Source: Escherichia coli
GTDB lineage: Bacteria; Pseudomonadota; Gammaproteobacteria; Enterobacterales; Enterobacteriaceae
Length of the DNA stretch: 64,000 nt
Direction: 5' to 3' (one strand)
Assembly (NCBI RefSeq): GCF_044324785.1
Contig: NZ_CP172127.1
The notes beneath the pieces are model-generated. The model saw nothing but the letters and a program-made list of their open reading frames with translations. It was not told the DNA's origin and did no database searches. This document shows, one piece after another, positions 1 through 8,822 of the stretch (within the stretch, counting starts at the first letter, position 1; each line of letters starts with the position of its first letter). A program made the translations under genes and the position numbers.

Positions 1-203
1 AGGAAGGTCTGGCGCTGGTCGCGTTGATTGGCAATGACCTGTCAAAAGCCTGCGGCGTTGGCAAAGAGGTATTCGGCGTACTGGAACCGTTCAACATTCG
101 CATGATTTGTTACGGCGCATCCAGCCATAACCTGTGCTTCCTGGTGCCCGGCGAAGATGCCGAGCAGGTGGTGCAAAAACTGCATAGTAATTTGTTTGAG
201 TAA
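1..203 (+). CDS. lysC: Aspartokinase III, C-terminal fragment (5' end lies outside the window)
   Basis: In-frame translation ends ...CFLVPGEDAEQVVQKLHSNLFE with stop at 201-203, matching the LysC C-terminus; truncated by window edge. Confidence 0.8.
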   Translation, partial: EGLALVALIGNDLSKACGVGKEVFGVLEPFNIRMICYGASSHNLCFLVPGEDAEQVVQKLHSNLFE

Positions 204-455
204 ATACTGTATGGCCTGGAAGCTATATTTCGGGCCGTATTGATTTTCTTGTCACTATGCTCATCAATAAACGAGCCTGTACTCTGTTAACCAACGTCTT
301 TATCGGAGAATAATTGCCTTTAATTTTTTTATCTGCATCTCTAATTAATTATCGAAAGAGATAAATAGTTAAGAGAAGGCAAAATGAATATTATCAGTTC
401 TGCTCGCAAACGAATTCCCGTACACTGAACTCTCTGGCTCACTGAGGGCACCATC

Positions 456-728
456 ATGGCACTCCCCCGTATTACCCAAAAAGAGATGACTGAACGCGAG
501 CAGCGTGAACTTAAAACACTGCTGGATCGGGCGCGGATTGCGCATGGTCGCGTACTGACCAACTCCGAAACCAACAGCATTAAGAAAGAGTACATCGATA
601 AATTAATGGTCGAGCGTGAGGCTGAAGCGAAAAAAGCCCGCCAGTTAAAGAAAAAGCAGGCTTATAAACCGGATCCTGAGGCGTCATTTAGCTGGTCAGC
701 AAATACGTCGACGCGCGGCAGGCGCTGA
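456..728 (+). CDS. yjbD: DUF3811 family small basic protein
   Basis: 90-aa ORF MALPRITQKEMTEREQRELK...; conserved position between lysC and rluF. Confidence 0.75.
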   Translation: MALPRITQKEMTEREQRELKTLLDRARIAHGRVLTNSETNSIKKEYIDKLMVEREAEAKKARQLKKKQAYKPDPEASFSWSANTSTRGRR

Positions 729-1601
729 TTAACGCCCCTTCTTTTTACGCCCCGGCGAGGTAAAACGCTTACCGTTGGACGCCGGGCGACCGCCTTTTTC
801 CGCCGTTTTTTCCATCTTAACGACTGGACGTTTGATGCCTACCGTTTTCGGTTTGGCCTTCGCTTTAGGTTTTGCCTCGGAAGAGGAATTTTCAATGTGC
901 TTAAAGAGATCGATTAACTCATCGTCGGTTAAATCGCGCCACTCACCCAGCGGAATGCCGCTTAAGCTGACGTTCATAATGCGCGTACGTTCCAGCTTTT
1001 TCACTTCGTAACCAAAGTGCTCGCACATGCGACGAATCTGACGGTTCAGCCCCTGCACCAGGGTAATGCGGAAGACAAACGGCGCTTCTTTTTTGACTTT
1101 GCACTTTTTCGTCACCGTCCCGAGGATCGGCACCCCCGCCCCCATACCACGAATAAATTCATCGGTAATCGGTTTATCGACCGTCACCAGATACTCTTTC
1201 TCATGATCGTTACCCGCACGGAGGATCTTATTCACCAGATCGCCGTGATTGGTGAGGAAAATCAGCCCCTGAGAGTCTTTATCCAGGCGGCCAATCGGGA
1301 ACACGCGTTTGCTGTGGTTAACGAAATCGACAATGTTATCGCGCTCGCCATCTTCGGTGGTGCTGACAATACCGACGGGCTTGTTCAGGGCGATAAGTAC
1401 CAAATCTTCGGCTTCCCGAGGCTCAATCAACTGACCGTTTACTTTCACAACGTCGCCGGGTTTCACCTGATCGCCAATGGTGGCTCGCTTGCCATTAAGG
1501 AACACATTGCCTTGCTCGATATAGCGATCCGCTTCGCGGCGTGAGCAAATTCCGCTTTCGCTGATGTATTTATTTAAACGGACTGATGAGTCGGGCAGCA
1601 T
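729..1601 (-). CDS. rluF: 23S rRNA pseudouridine synthase RluF
   Basis: 290-aa ORF with S4 domain and RluA/RsuA-type pseudouridine synthase motifs ([10 protein letters not shown]). Confidence 0.9.
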   Translation of the reverse strand: MLPDSSVRLNKYISESGICSRREADRYIEQGNVFLNGKRATIGDQVKPGDVVKVNGQLIEPREAEDLVLIALNKPVGIVSTTEDGERDNIVDFVNHSKRVFPIGRLDKDSQGLIFLTNHGDLVNKILRAGNDHEKEYLVTVDKPITDEFIRGMGAGVPILGTVTKKCKVKKEAPFVFRITLVQGLNRQIRRMCEHFGYEVKKLERTRIMNVSLSGIPLGEWRDLTDDELIDLFKHIENSSSEAKPKAKAKPKTVGIKRPVVKMEKTAEKGGRPASNGKRFTSPGRKKKGR

Positions 1602-1948
1602 AAATTCTCCTGTAAAACGCGGAATATACCGTACCTCTTAGCGGGGAAAAACAGGGTTATGCGGCAACGTCGAAATTAAATGTGATCTGCCACGCCTTTT
1701 ATCACAAAAGTGTCTCCGGAAGTACGATGCAAATTTGCCTGGCAAAATAAGGATAATCAACATATTACGAATCGCTGCACACCTGTGCTGATGACTACTA
1801 CGCAGAGAAACAAATGTGCAAGAGAAAGCGCTATTTCTCCCCATGCAAAGAGTGAAAAATCGCTTTGAAAGGCCATCATGATGGGGTTATATCAGATCAA
1901 GCGGTGAGAAAGCGTATTTGCACAAATGTGCAGAACCAGGAGGCGGCA

Positions 1949-2896
1949 ATGGAAAACAGTGACGATATCCGTTTGATTGTGAAGATTGCCCAACTCTATT
2001 ACGAACAGGATATGACGCAGGCGCAAATCGCGCGCGAACTGGGTATTTACCGCACCACCATCAGCCGCTTGCTTAAACGAGGCCGCGATCAGGGAATTGT
2101 CACCATCGCCATCAACTATGACTACAACGAAAATCTCTGGCTGGAGCAGCAACTGAAGCAAAAGTTTGGCCTGAAAGACGTTGTGGTGGTGTCGGGAAAT
2201 GATGAGGATGAAGAGACTCAACTGGCGATGATGGGGTTACACGGCGCGCAACTGCTGGATCGCTTGCTGGAGCCTGGCGATATTGTCGGTTTTTCCTGGG
2301 GTCGCGCGGTGAGCGCACTGGTTGAAAACTTGCCGCAGGCGGGGCAATCGCGGCAGTTAATCTGCGTACCAATTATTGGCGGACCGTCCGGTAAACTCGA
2401 AAGCCGCTATCATGTAAACACATTAACCTACAGCGCGGCAGCGAAGTTGAAAGGGGAATCGCATCTCGCGGATTTTCCGGCTCTACTGGATAACCCATTA
2501 ATTCGTAATGGGATCATGCAGTCTCAGCACTTTAAAACCATCTCTGCCTACTGGGATAATCTGGATGTCGCCCTGGTGGGAATTGGCTCACCGGCCATTC
2601 GCGACGGCGCTAACTGGCATGCGTTTTATGGTGGTGAAGAGAGTGACGACCTGAATGCCCGCCAGGTTGCTGGCGATATTTGCTCGCGCTTTTTTGATAT
2701 TCACGGCGCAATGGTTGAAACGAATATGAGCGAAAAAACACTCTCTATCGAAATGAATAAATTAAAGCAGGCGCGATATTCCATTGGCATTGCCATGAGC
2801 GAAGAAAAATACAGTGGAATTGTTGGTGCACTGCGTGGAAAATATATTAATTGTCTGGTAACGAATAGCAGCACAGCTGAACTATTACTGAAATAA
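1949..2896 (+). CDS. sorC: SorC-family transcriptional regulator of the sorbose operon
   Basis: 315 aa from ATG 1949 with AGGAGG RBS at 1937-1942; N-terminal HTH (MTQAQIARELGIYRTTISRLLKRG) plus sugar-phosphate binding domain; the ORF track's longer form uses an upstream TTG that I consider less likely. Confidence 0.8.
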   Translation: MENSDDIRLIVKIAQLYYEQDMTQAQIARELGIYRTTISRLLKRGRDQGIVTIAINYDYNENLWLEQQLKQKFGLKDVVVVSGNDEDEETQLAMMGLHGAQLLDRLLEPGDIVGFSWGRAVSALVENLPQAGQSRQLICVPIIGGPSGKLESRYHVNTLTYSAAAKLKGESHLADFPALLDNPLIRNGIMQSQHFKTISAYWDNLDVALVGIGSPAIRDGANWHAFYGGEESDDLNARQVAGDICSRFFDIHGAMVETNMSEKTLSIEMNKLKQARYSIGIAMSEEKYSGIVGALRGKYINCLVTNSSTAELLLK

Positions 2897-2965
2897 AAAT
2901 CTTCCCGATGTTTACCGTAATAAAAATTACGGCGGGTCCCTATTATCTAAAATCAGGAGTCTGTT

Positions 2966-3772
2966 ATGCAAACGTGGTTAAATTTGCAGGATAAAATCAT
3001 TATCGTCACCGGCGGCGCATCCGGTATTGGTCTGGCGATTGTAGAGGAATTATTAGCACAAGGCGCAAATGTACAGATGGTCGATATTCACGGTGGCGAT
3101 GGTCAATATGAAGGTCATAAAGGCTATCAGTTTTGGCCGACCGATATTTCCAGCGCCAAAGAGGTAAATCATACGGTAGCGGAAATTATCCAGCGTTTTG
3201 ATCGCATCGACGGTCTGGTCAATAACGCCGGGGTCAATTTCCCGCGTCTGCTGGTCGATGAGAAAGCGCCTGCCGGGCAGTATGAACTCAACGAAGCTGC
3301 ATTCGAAAAAATGGTCAATATCAACCAGAAAGGCGTTTTTCTGATGTCACAGGCGGTGGCGCGACAGATGGTCAAACAACATGATGGCGTGATTGTGAAT
3401 GTTTCCTCAGAAAGTGGACTGGAAGGCTCAGAAGGCCAAAGCTGTTACGCCGCGACCAAAGCCGCGCTTAATAGCTTCACGCGCTCCTGGTCGAAAGAGC
3501 TGGGTAAGCACGGTATCCGTGTGGTCGGTATCGCGCCGGGGATTCTGGAAAAAACAGGACTGCGCACGCCGGAATATGAAGAAGCGCTGGCGTGGACGCG
3601 CAATATCACCGTCGAGCAGCTGCGTGAAGGCTATACCAAAAATTCCATTCCTATTGGGCGCGCCGGAAGATTAGCAGAAGTGGCTGATTTTGTTTGTTAT
3701 CTGCTGTCTGAACGCGCCAGCTATATCACCGGAGTAACCACTAACATTGCAGGCGGCAAAACGCGCGGTTAA
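2966..3772 (+). CDS. sorD: Short-chain dehydrogenase, D-glucitol(sorbitol)-6-phosphate dehydrogenase type
   Basis: 268 aa; SDR Rossmann motif TGGASGIGLA and catalytic YAATKAA; second gene of the operon. Confidence 0.8.
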   Translation: MQTWLNLQDKIIIVTGGASGIGLAIVEELLAQGANVQMVDIHGGDGQYEGHKGYQFWPTDISSAKEVNHTVAEIIQRFDRIDGLVNNAGVNFPRLLVDEKAPAGQYELNEAAFEKMVNINQKGVFLMSQAVARQMVKQHDGVIVNVSSESGLEGSEGQSCYAATKAALNSFTRSWSKELGKHGIRVVGIAPGILEKTGLRTPEYEEALAWTRNITVEQLREGYTKNSIPIGRAGRLAEVADFVCYLLSERASYITGVTTNIAGGKTRG

Positions 3773-3781
3773 GGAGGCTTT

Positions 3782-4189
3782 ATGGTCAATGCCATTTTTT
3801 GCGCCCACGGCAAATTAGCCTGCGCCATGCTGGAATCGGTTCAGATGGTGTACGGCGATGCCAGGGTCGAGGCCGTTGAATTTGTGCCCGGCGAGAACGC
3901 CGGAGACATTGTGGCAAAGCTGGAGAAGTTAGTGAGCATTCACAATCATGACGAGTGGCTAATCGCCGTGGATTTACAGTGCGGCAGCCCGTGGAATGCG
4001 GCAGCGATGCTTGCGATGCGCAATCCTCGCCTGCGGGTAATCAGCGGCCTTTCTCTGCCGCTGGCGCTCGAACTGGTTGATAACCAGGACAGCATGAATG
4101 TTGATGAACTGTGTGAACACCTGACGCAAATCGCAAAGCAAACCTGCGTCGTCTGGAGACAGGTGGCAACAGCAGAGGAGGATTTCTGA
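3782..4189 (+). CDS. sorF: PTS mannose/sorbose-family EIIA component
   Basis: 135 aa; N-terminal AHG active-site histidine region typical of EIIA-Man; stop overlaps sorB start (ATGA). Confidence 0.8.
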   Translation: MVNAIFCAHGKLACAMLESVQMVYGDARVEAVEFVPGENAGDIVAKLEKLVSIHNHDEWLIAVDLQCGSPWNAAAMLAMRNPRLRVISGLSLPLALELVDNQDSMNVDELCEHLTQIAKQTCVVWRQVATAEEDF

Positions 4190-4683
4190 TGAACATTACG
4201 CTCGCCCGCATTGATGACCGCCTGATCCACGGCCAGGTCACTACCGTCTGGTCTAAAGTGGCTAACGCCCAGCGCATTATTATCTGCAATGACGAAGTTT
4301 ATAACGATGAAGTTCGCCGGACATTATTGCGTCAGGCTGCGCCACCGGGAATGAAGGTTAACGTGGTCAATATTGAAAAAGCCGTCGCGGTTTATCACAA
4401 CCCGCAATATCAGGACGAAACCGTTTTTTATCTTTTCACTCGCCCACAGGATGCCTTAGCGATGGTTCGCCAGGGGGTAAAAATAGGCACCCTGAATATT
4501 GGCGGCATGGCCTGGCGGCCCGGTAAAAAACAGTTAACCAAAGCGGTTTCATTAGATGATGATGATATTAACGCATTTCATGAGTTAAATAATCTTGGCG
4601 TCATACTGGATTTACGCGTCGTAGCGTCAGATCCCTCAATCAATATTATCGACAAAATAAACGAACAGTTAATCGCAAATTAA
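4189..4683 (+). CDS. sorB: PTS mannose/sorbose-family EIIB component
   Basis: 164 aa; RIDDRLIHGQV motif (phospho-His of EIIB-Man). Confidence 0.8.
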   Translation: MNITLARIDDRLIHGQVTTVWSKVANAQRIIICNDEVYNDEVRRTLLRQAAPPGMKVNVVNIEKAVAVYHNPQYQDETVFYLFTRPQDALAMVRQGVKIGTLNIGGMAWRPGKKQLTKAVSLDDDDINAFHELNNLGVILDLRVVASDPSINIIDKINEQLIAN

Positions 4684-4748
4684 ATAATAGCGCCTGTGTA
4701 CATATGCTTTAACAGGCAGGGATGACGACACTTAAAAGGTGACAAATC

Positions 4749-5546
4749 ATGGAAATAAGTACCCTACAAATCATTGCTATATTTCTTTTTTCCTGTATTG
4801 CCGGAATGGGCAGCGTGCTGGATGAATTTCAGACTCATCGCCCATTAATTGCCTGTACGGTGATTGGTTTAATTCTCGGTGATTTAAAAACCGGAATAAT
4901 ACTCGGTGGTACGCTGGAATTGATAGCTCTCGGCTGGATGAACGTCGGCGCGGCGCAATCTCCGGATTCCGCGCTCGCCAGCATTATCTCCGCCATTCTG
5001 GTTATCGTTGGTCAGCAAAGCATCGCCACCGGTATCGCCATCGCGTTGCCTGTGGCTGCTGCAGGCCAGGTACTGACGGTGTTTGCCCGCACCATCACCG
5101 TAGTGTTCCAGCACGCGGCGGATAAAGCAGCGGAAGAAGCACGGTTTCGCACTCTCGATATTCTGCATGTCTCCGCGCTTGGCGTGCAGGCGCTGCGCGT
5201 TGCTATTCCGGCACTAATTGTCTCGCTGTTCGTCAGCGCTGATATGGTGAGCAATATGCTGAGCGCCATTCCCGAATTTGTGACCCGTGGACTGCAGATT
5301 GCTGGCGGTTTTATCGTGGTGGTCGGTTACGCCATGGTGCTTCGCATGATGGGCGTGAAATATTTGATGCCTTTCTTTTTCCTCGGTTTCCTCGCAGGTG
5401 GCTACCTCGATCTCAGTCTGCTGGCGTTCGGTGGCGTCGGCGTGATCATGGCCCTGCTCTACATCCAGTTAAATCCACAGTGGCGTAAAGCTGAACCACA
5501 TCCCCAGACCACCACTATCACCGCCCTTGACCAACTTGATGATTAA
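4749..5546 (+). CDS. sorA: PTS mannose/sorbose-family EIIC permease
   Basis: 265 aa, strongly hydrophobic multi-pass membrane protein; operon position. Confidence 0.8.
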   Translation: MEISTLQIIAIFLFSCIAGMGSVLDEFQTHRPLIACTVIGLILGDLKTGIILGGTLELIALGWMNVGAAQSPDSALASIISAILVIVGQQSIATGIAIALPVAAAGQVLTVFARTITVVFQHAADKAAEEARFRTLDILHVSALGVQALRVAIPALIVSLFVSADMVSNMLSAIPEFVTRGLQIAGGFIVVVGYAMVLRMMGVKYLMPFFFLGFLAGGYLDLSLLAFGGVGVIMALLYIQLNPQWRKAEPHPQTTTITALDQLDD

Positions 5547-5556
5547 CGGAGCCATC

Positions 5557-6381
5557 ATGGAACAGAGAAAAATTACACGCAGCGATCTGGTGAGCATGTT
5601 TCTGCGCTCCAACCTGCAACAGGCGTCCTTCAACTTTGAACGCATTCATGGGCTGGGCTTTTGTTACGACATGATCCCCGCCATCAAACGACTTTACCCA
5701 TTAAAAGAGGATCAGGTTGCGGCGCTCAGGCGACACCTGGTGTTCTTCAATACCACGCCAGCCGTATGTGGCCCGGTCATCGGCGTCACTGCCGCCATGG
5801 AAGAGGCGCGGGCCAACGGCGCGGAAATTGATGACGGTACCATTAACGGCATCAAAGTCGGTCTGATGGGACCATTGGCAGGAGTTGGCGATCCACTGGT
5901 CTGGGGAACGCTGCGCCCGATTACCGCCGCGCTCGGCGCATCTCTGGCACTTTCGGGCAACATTCTCGGCCCGCTGCTGTTTTTCTTTATTTTCAATGCG
6001 GTGCGTCTGGCGATGAAGTGGTATGGCCTACAGCTCGGCTTTCGCAAAGGGGTGAATATCGTCAGCGATATGGGCGGGAATGTGCTGCAAAAACTCACCG
6101 AAGGCGCGTCGATTCTCGGACTGTTTGTGATGGGCGTGCTGGTGACCAAATGGACGTCAATCAACGTACCGTTGGTGGTTTCACAAACGCATGCCGCCGA
6201 TGGCTCCACCGTCACCATGACCGTGCAGAACATTCTCGACCAACTTTGCCCTGGTTTGCTGGCGCTCGGTCTGACGCTACTGATGGTTCGTCTGCTCAAC
6301 AAAAAAATTAACCCGGTATGGCTGATTTTCGCCCTGTTTGGCTTAGGGATTATCGGCAATGCGCTGGGCTTCCTGTCCTGA
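5557..6381 (+). CDS. sorM: PTS mannose/sorbose-family EIID permease
   Basis: 274 aa from ATG 5557 (MEQRKITRSDLV...); EIID-Man-like membrane protein; the ORF track start at 5527 would overlap the sorA 3' end. Confidence 0.8.
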   Translation: MEQRKITRSDLVSMFLRSNLQQASFNFERIHGLGFCYDMIPAIKRLYPLKEDQVAALRRHLVFFNTTPAVCGPVIGVTAAMEEARANGAEIDDGTINGIKVGLMGPLAGVGDPLVWGTLRPITAALGASLALSGNILGPLLFFFIFNAVRLAMKWYGLQLGFRKGVNIVSDMGGNVLQKLTEGASILGLFVMGVLVTKWTSINVPLVVSQTHAADGSTVTMTVQNILDQLCPGLLALGLTLLMVRLLNKKINPVWLIFALFGLGIIGNALGFLS

Positions 6382-6432
6382 TTCTTCGCCCCGGCACGAC
6401 TGCCGGGGCCATCGCTCAACATGAGGTGGTTT

Positions 6433-7662
6433 ATGAAAACAACAGCTCTGCGTCTTTATGGTAAACGTGATTTACGCCTGGAAACCTTTGATCTTCCTGA
6501 AATGCAGGAGGATGAAATCCTCGCGACGGTGGTCACTGACAGCCTGTGCCTCTCTTCCTGGAAAGAGGCCAACCTGGGTGAAAACCATAAAAAAGTACCC
6601 GACGATGTGGCGACCAACCCAATCATCATCGGCCACGAGTTTTGCGGCGATATTCTGGCCGTGGGTAAAAAGTGGCAGCACAAATTCCAGCCGGGTCAGC
6701 GTTATGTGATTCAGGCCAACCTGCAACTCCCCGACCGCCCGGACTGCCCCGGCTACTCCTTCCCGTGGGTGGGCGGCGAAGCCACGCATGTGGTTATCCC
6801 AAATGAGGTTATGGAACAAGATTGCCTGCTGGCATACGACGGCGAAACCTATTTTGAAGGCTCGCTGGTTGAACCGCTTTCCTGCGTGATTGGCGCGTTC
6901 AACGCCAACTATCATCTTCAGGAAGGTAGTTATAACCACACGATGGGGATTCGCCCGCAAGGGCGCACGCTGATCCTCGGCGGCACCGGACCAATGGGAC
7001 TGTTGGCGATTGATTATGCGCTGCATGGACCCGTTAACCCGTCGCTGCTCGTCATTACCGATACCGACAACGACAAATTGAGTTATGCGCGCAAGCACTA
7101 TCCATCAGAACCGCAAACACTGATTCATTATCTCAATGCCGCCGATGCAGCATTTGATACGTTAATGGCACTGAGTGGCGGTCACGGCTTCGATGATATT
7201 TTCGTCTTTGTGCCTAATGAAGGACTGGTGACTCTCGCCTCTTCCTTGCTGGCGACAGATGGTTGTCTGAATTTCTTCGCCGGACCGCAGGATAAGCACT
7301 TCAGCGCGCCAATTAATTTCTACGATGTGCATTATGCATTTACCCACTACGTGGGCACGTCAGGCGGCAATACCGACGACATGCGCGCAGCGGTCAAATT
7401 GATTGAAGAGAAAAAAGTGCAGGCCGCAAAAGTGGTAACACATATTCTTGGGCTGAATGCCGCGGGCGAAACCACGCTTGAATTGCCTGCCGTCGGCGGC
7501 GGCAAAAAGCTGGTGTATACAGGGAAATACCTGCCGCTGACGTCACTCACGCAGATTCAGGATCAAGCACTGGCGGCGATTCTGGCGCGTCATCAGGGGA
7601 TCTGGTCCGGTGAGGCGGAGCAATACCTGCTCGCCCATGCAGAAGCAATTTCCCATGATTAA
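6433..7662 (+). CDS. sorE: Zn-dependent dehydrogenase, L-sorbose-1-phosphate reductase type
   Basis: 409 aa from ATG 6433 (MKTTALRLYGKRD...); MDR/alcohol-dehydrogenase family with GHEFCG zinc motif; last gene of the operon. Confidence 0.75.
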   Translation: MKTTALRLYGKRDLRLETFDLPEMQEDEILATVVTDSLCLSSWKEANLGENHKKVPDDVATNPIIIGHEFCGDILAVGKKWQHKFQPGQRYVIQANLQLPDRPDCPGYSFPWVGGEATHVVIPNEVMEQDCLLAYDGETYFEGSLVEPLSCVIGAFNANYHLQEGSYNHTMGIRPQGRTLILGGTGPMGLLAIDYALHGPVNPSLLVITDTDNDKLSYARKHYPSEPQTLIHYLNAADAAFDTLMALSGGHGFDDIFVFVPNEGLVTLASSLLATDGCLNFFAGPQDKHFSAPINFYDVHYAFTHYVGTSGGNTDDMRAAVKLIEEKKVQAAKVVTHILGLNAAGETTLELPAVGGGKKLVYTGKYLPLTSLTQIQDQALAAILARHQGIWSGEAEQYLLAHAEAISHD

Positions 7663-7822
7663 TCGCGCTACTTAACTCTGCATGTCGCTGGCTGGTCGCC
7701 GCGGCAACTTCGCGACCTGATGTGCGGCTGATTGCAGAAGCGGCACAATGTGCACGAGAAGGATAAAAAACATCAGCGCCTTAAGGGGCGCTCAAATTGG
7801 TGGCAAAGTGCACATTGTTTAT

Positions 7823-7920
7823 GCCGGATGCGGAATGAAGCCTTATTCGGCCTACAAAATCGCGAAAATTCAAGACATTGCAATTAGCTTGTAGGCCTGA
7901 TAAGCGTAGCGCATCAGGCA
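7823..7920. repeat. REP/BIME-type palindromic units (two inverted REPs) downstream of sorE
   Basis: gccggatgcggaatgaagccttattcggcctac and gtaggcctgataagcgtagcgcatcaggca, typical REP consensus. Confidence 0.7.
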
Positions 7921-8043
7921 ATGCTGTGTTTGTCATCAGGCTCAACGCCCGGTGCAATACGTGACATCGTGAGCCATGTCAGTAAGTGGTTAAATTCGCA
8001 GTGGTAGCATGCCTTCCGTGATTTCTTACTAACCGGAGAAGTA

Positions 8044-8733
8044 ATGGAACTGCTTTTATTGAGTAACTCGACGCTGCCGGGTAAAGCCTGGCTGGAACAT
8101 GCACTGCCGCTAATTGCTGAACAGTTGCAGGGTCGCCGCTCAGCGGTGTTTATCCCTTTCGCTGGCGTAACGCAGACCTGGGATGATTACACAGCGAAAA
8201 CGGCTGCGGTTCTCGCTCCGCTGGGTGTTTCTGTCACCGGTATTCATAGCGTTGTCGATCCCGTTGCCGCGATTGAAAATGCTGAGATCGTGATTGTCGG
8301 CGGCGGTAATACTTTCCAGTTGCTGAAACAGTGCCGCGAGCGCGGGCTGCTGGCACCAATTACTGACGTGGTTAAACGTGGCGCGCTGTATATTGGCTGG
8401 AGCGCTGGCGCTAACCTTGCTTGCCCAACCATTCGTACCACCAACGATATGCCGATTGTCGATCCGCAAGGTTTCGATGCGCTGAATCTGTTCCCGTTGC
8501 AAATCAACCCGCACTTCACCAACGCGCTGCCGGAAGGCCATAAAGGTGAAACCCGTGAACAGCGTATTCGCGAACTGCTGGTCGTCGCGCCAGAACTCAC
8601 AATTATTGGTCTACCGGAAGGTAACTGGATCACAGTGAGTAAAGGTCACGCAACGCTGGGTGGCCCGAACACCACTTATGTGTTTAAGGCTGGTGAAGAA
8701 GCGGTTCCGCTGGAAGCGGGTCACCGTTTTTAA
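8044..8733 (+). CDS. pepE: Peptidase E (alpha-aspartyl dipeptidase)
   Basis: 229-aa [32 protein letters not shown]..., S51 peptidase. Confidence 0.9.
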
Positions 8734-8740
8734 ATGAATT

Positions 8741-8810
8741 GCCGGATGCATAATCCGGCATCTTGTTCATCGTGCCTGATGCGACGCTTTACGCGTCTTA
8801 TCAGGTCTAC
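8741..8810. repeat. REP elements between pepE and yjbB
   Basis: gccggatgcataatccggca ... gcctgatgcgacgctttacgcgtcttatcaggtctac. Confidence 0.65.
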
Positions 8811-8822
8811 AGGGTCACGGTA

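Noticed and set aside
341-595. 84-aa minus-strand ORF overlapping the yjbD start
   Set aside because: It overlaps a conserved gene on the other strand and spans an AT-rich promoter region; no RBS.
1638-1844. 68-aa minus-strand ORF in the rluF-sorC intergenic region
   Set aside because: It lies in the divergent promoter region with no RBS and a Cys/Arg-rich odd composition; more likely non-coding regulatory DNA.
7663-8043. sorE-pepE spacer as a possible mobile-element remnant
   Set aside because: It contains REP/BIME palindromes typical of ordinary E. coli intergenic regions, with no terminal inverted repeats or transposase fragments.
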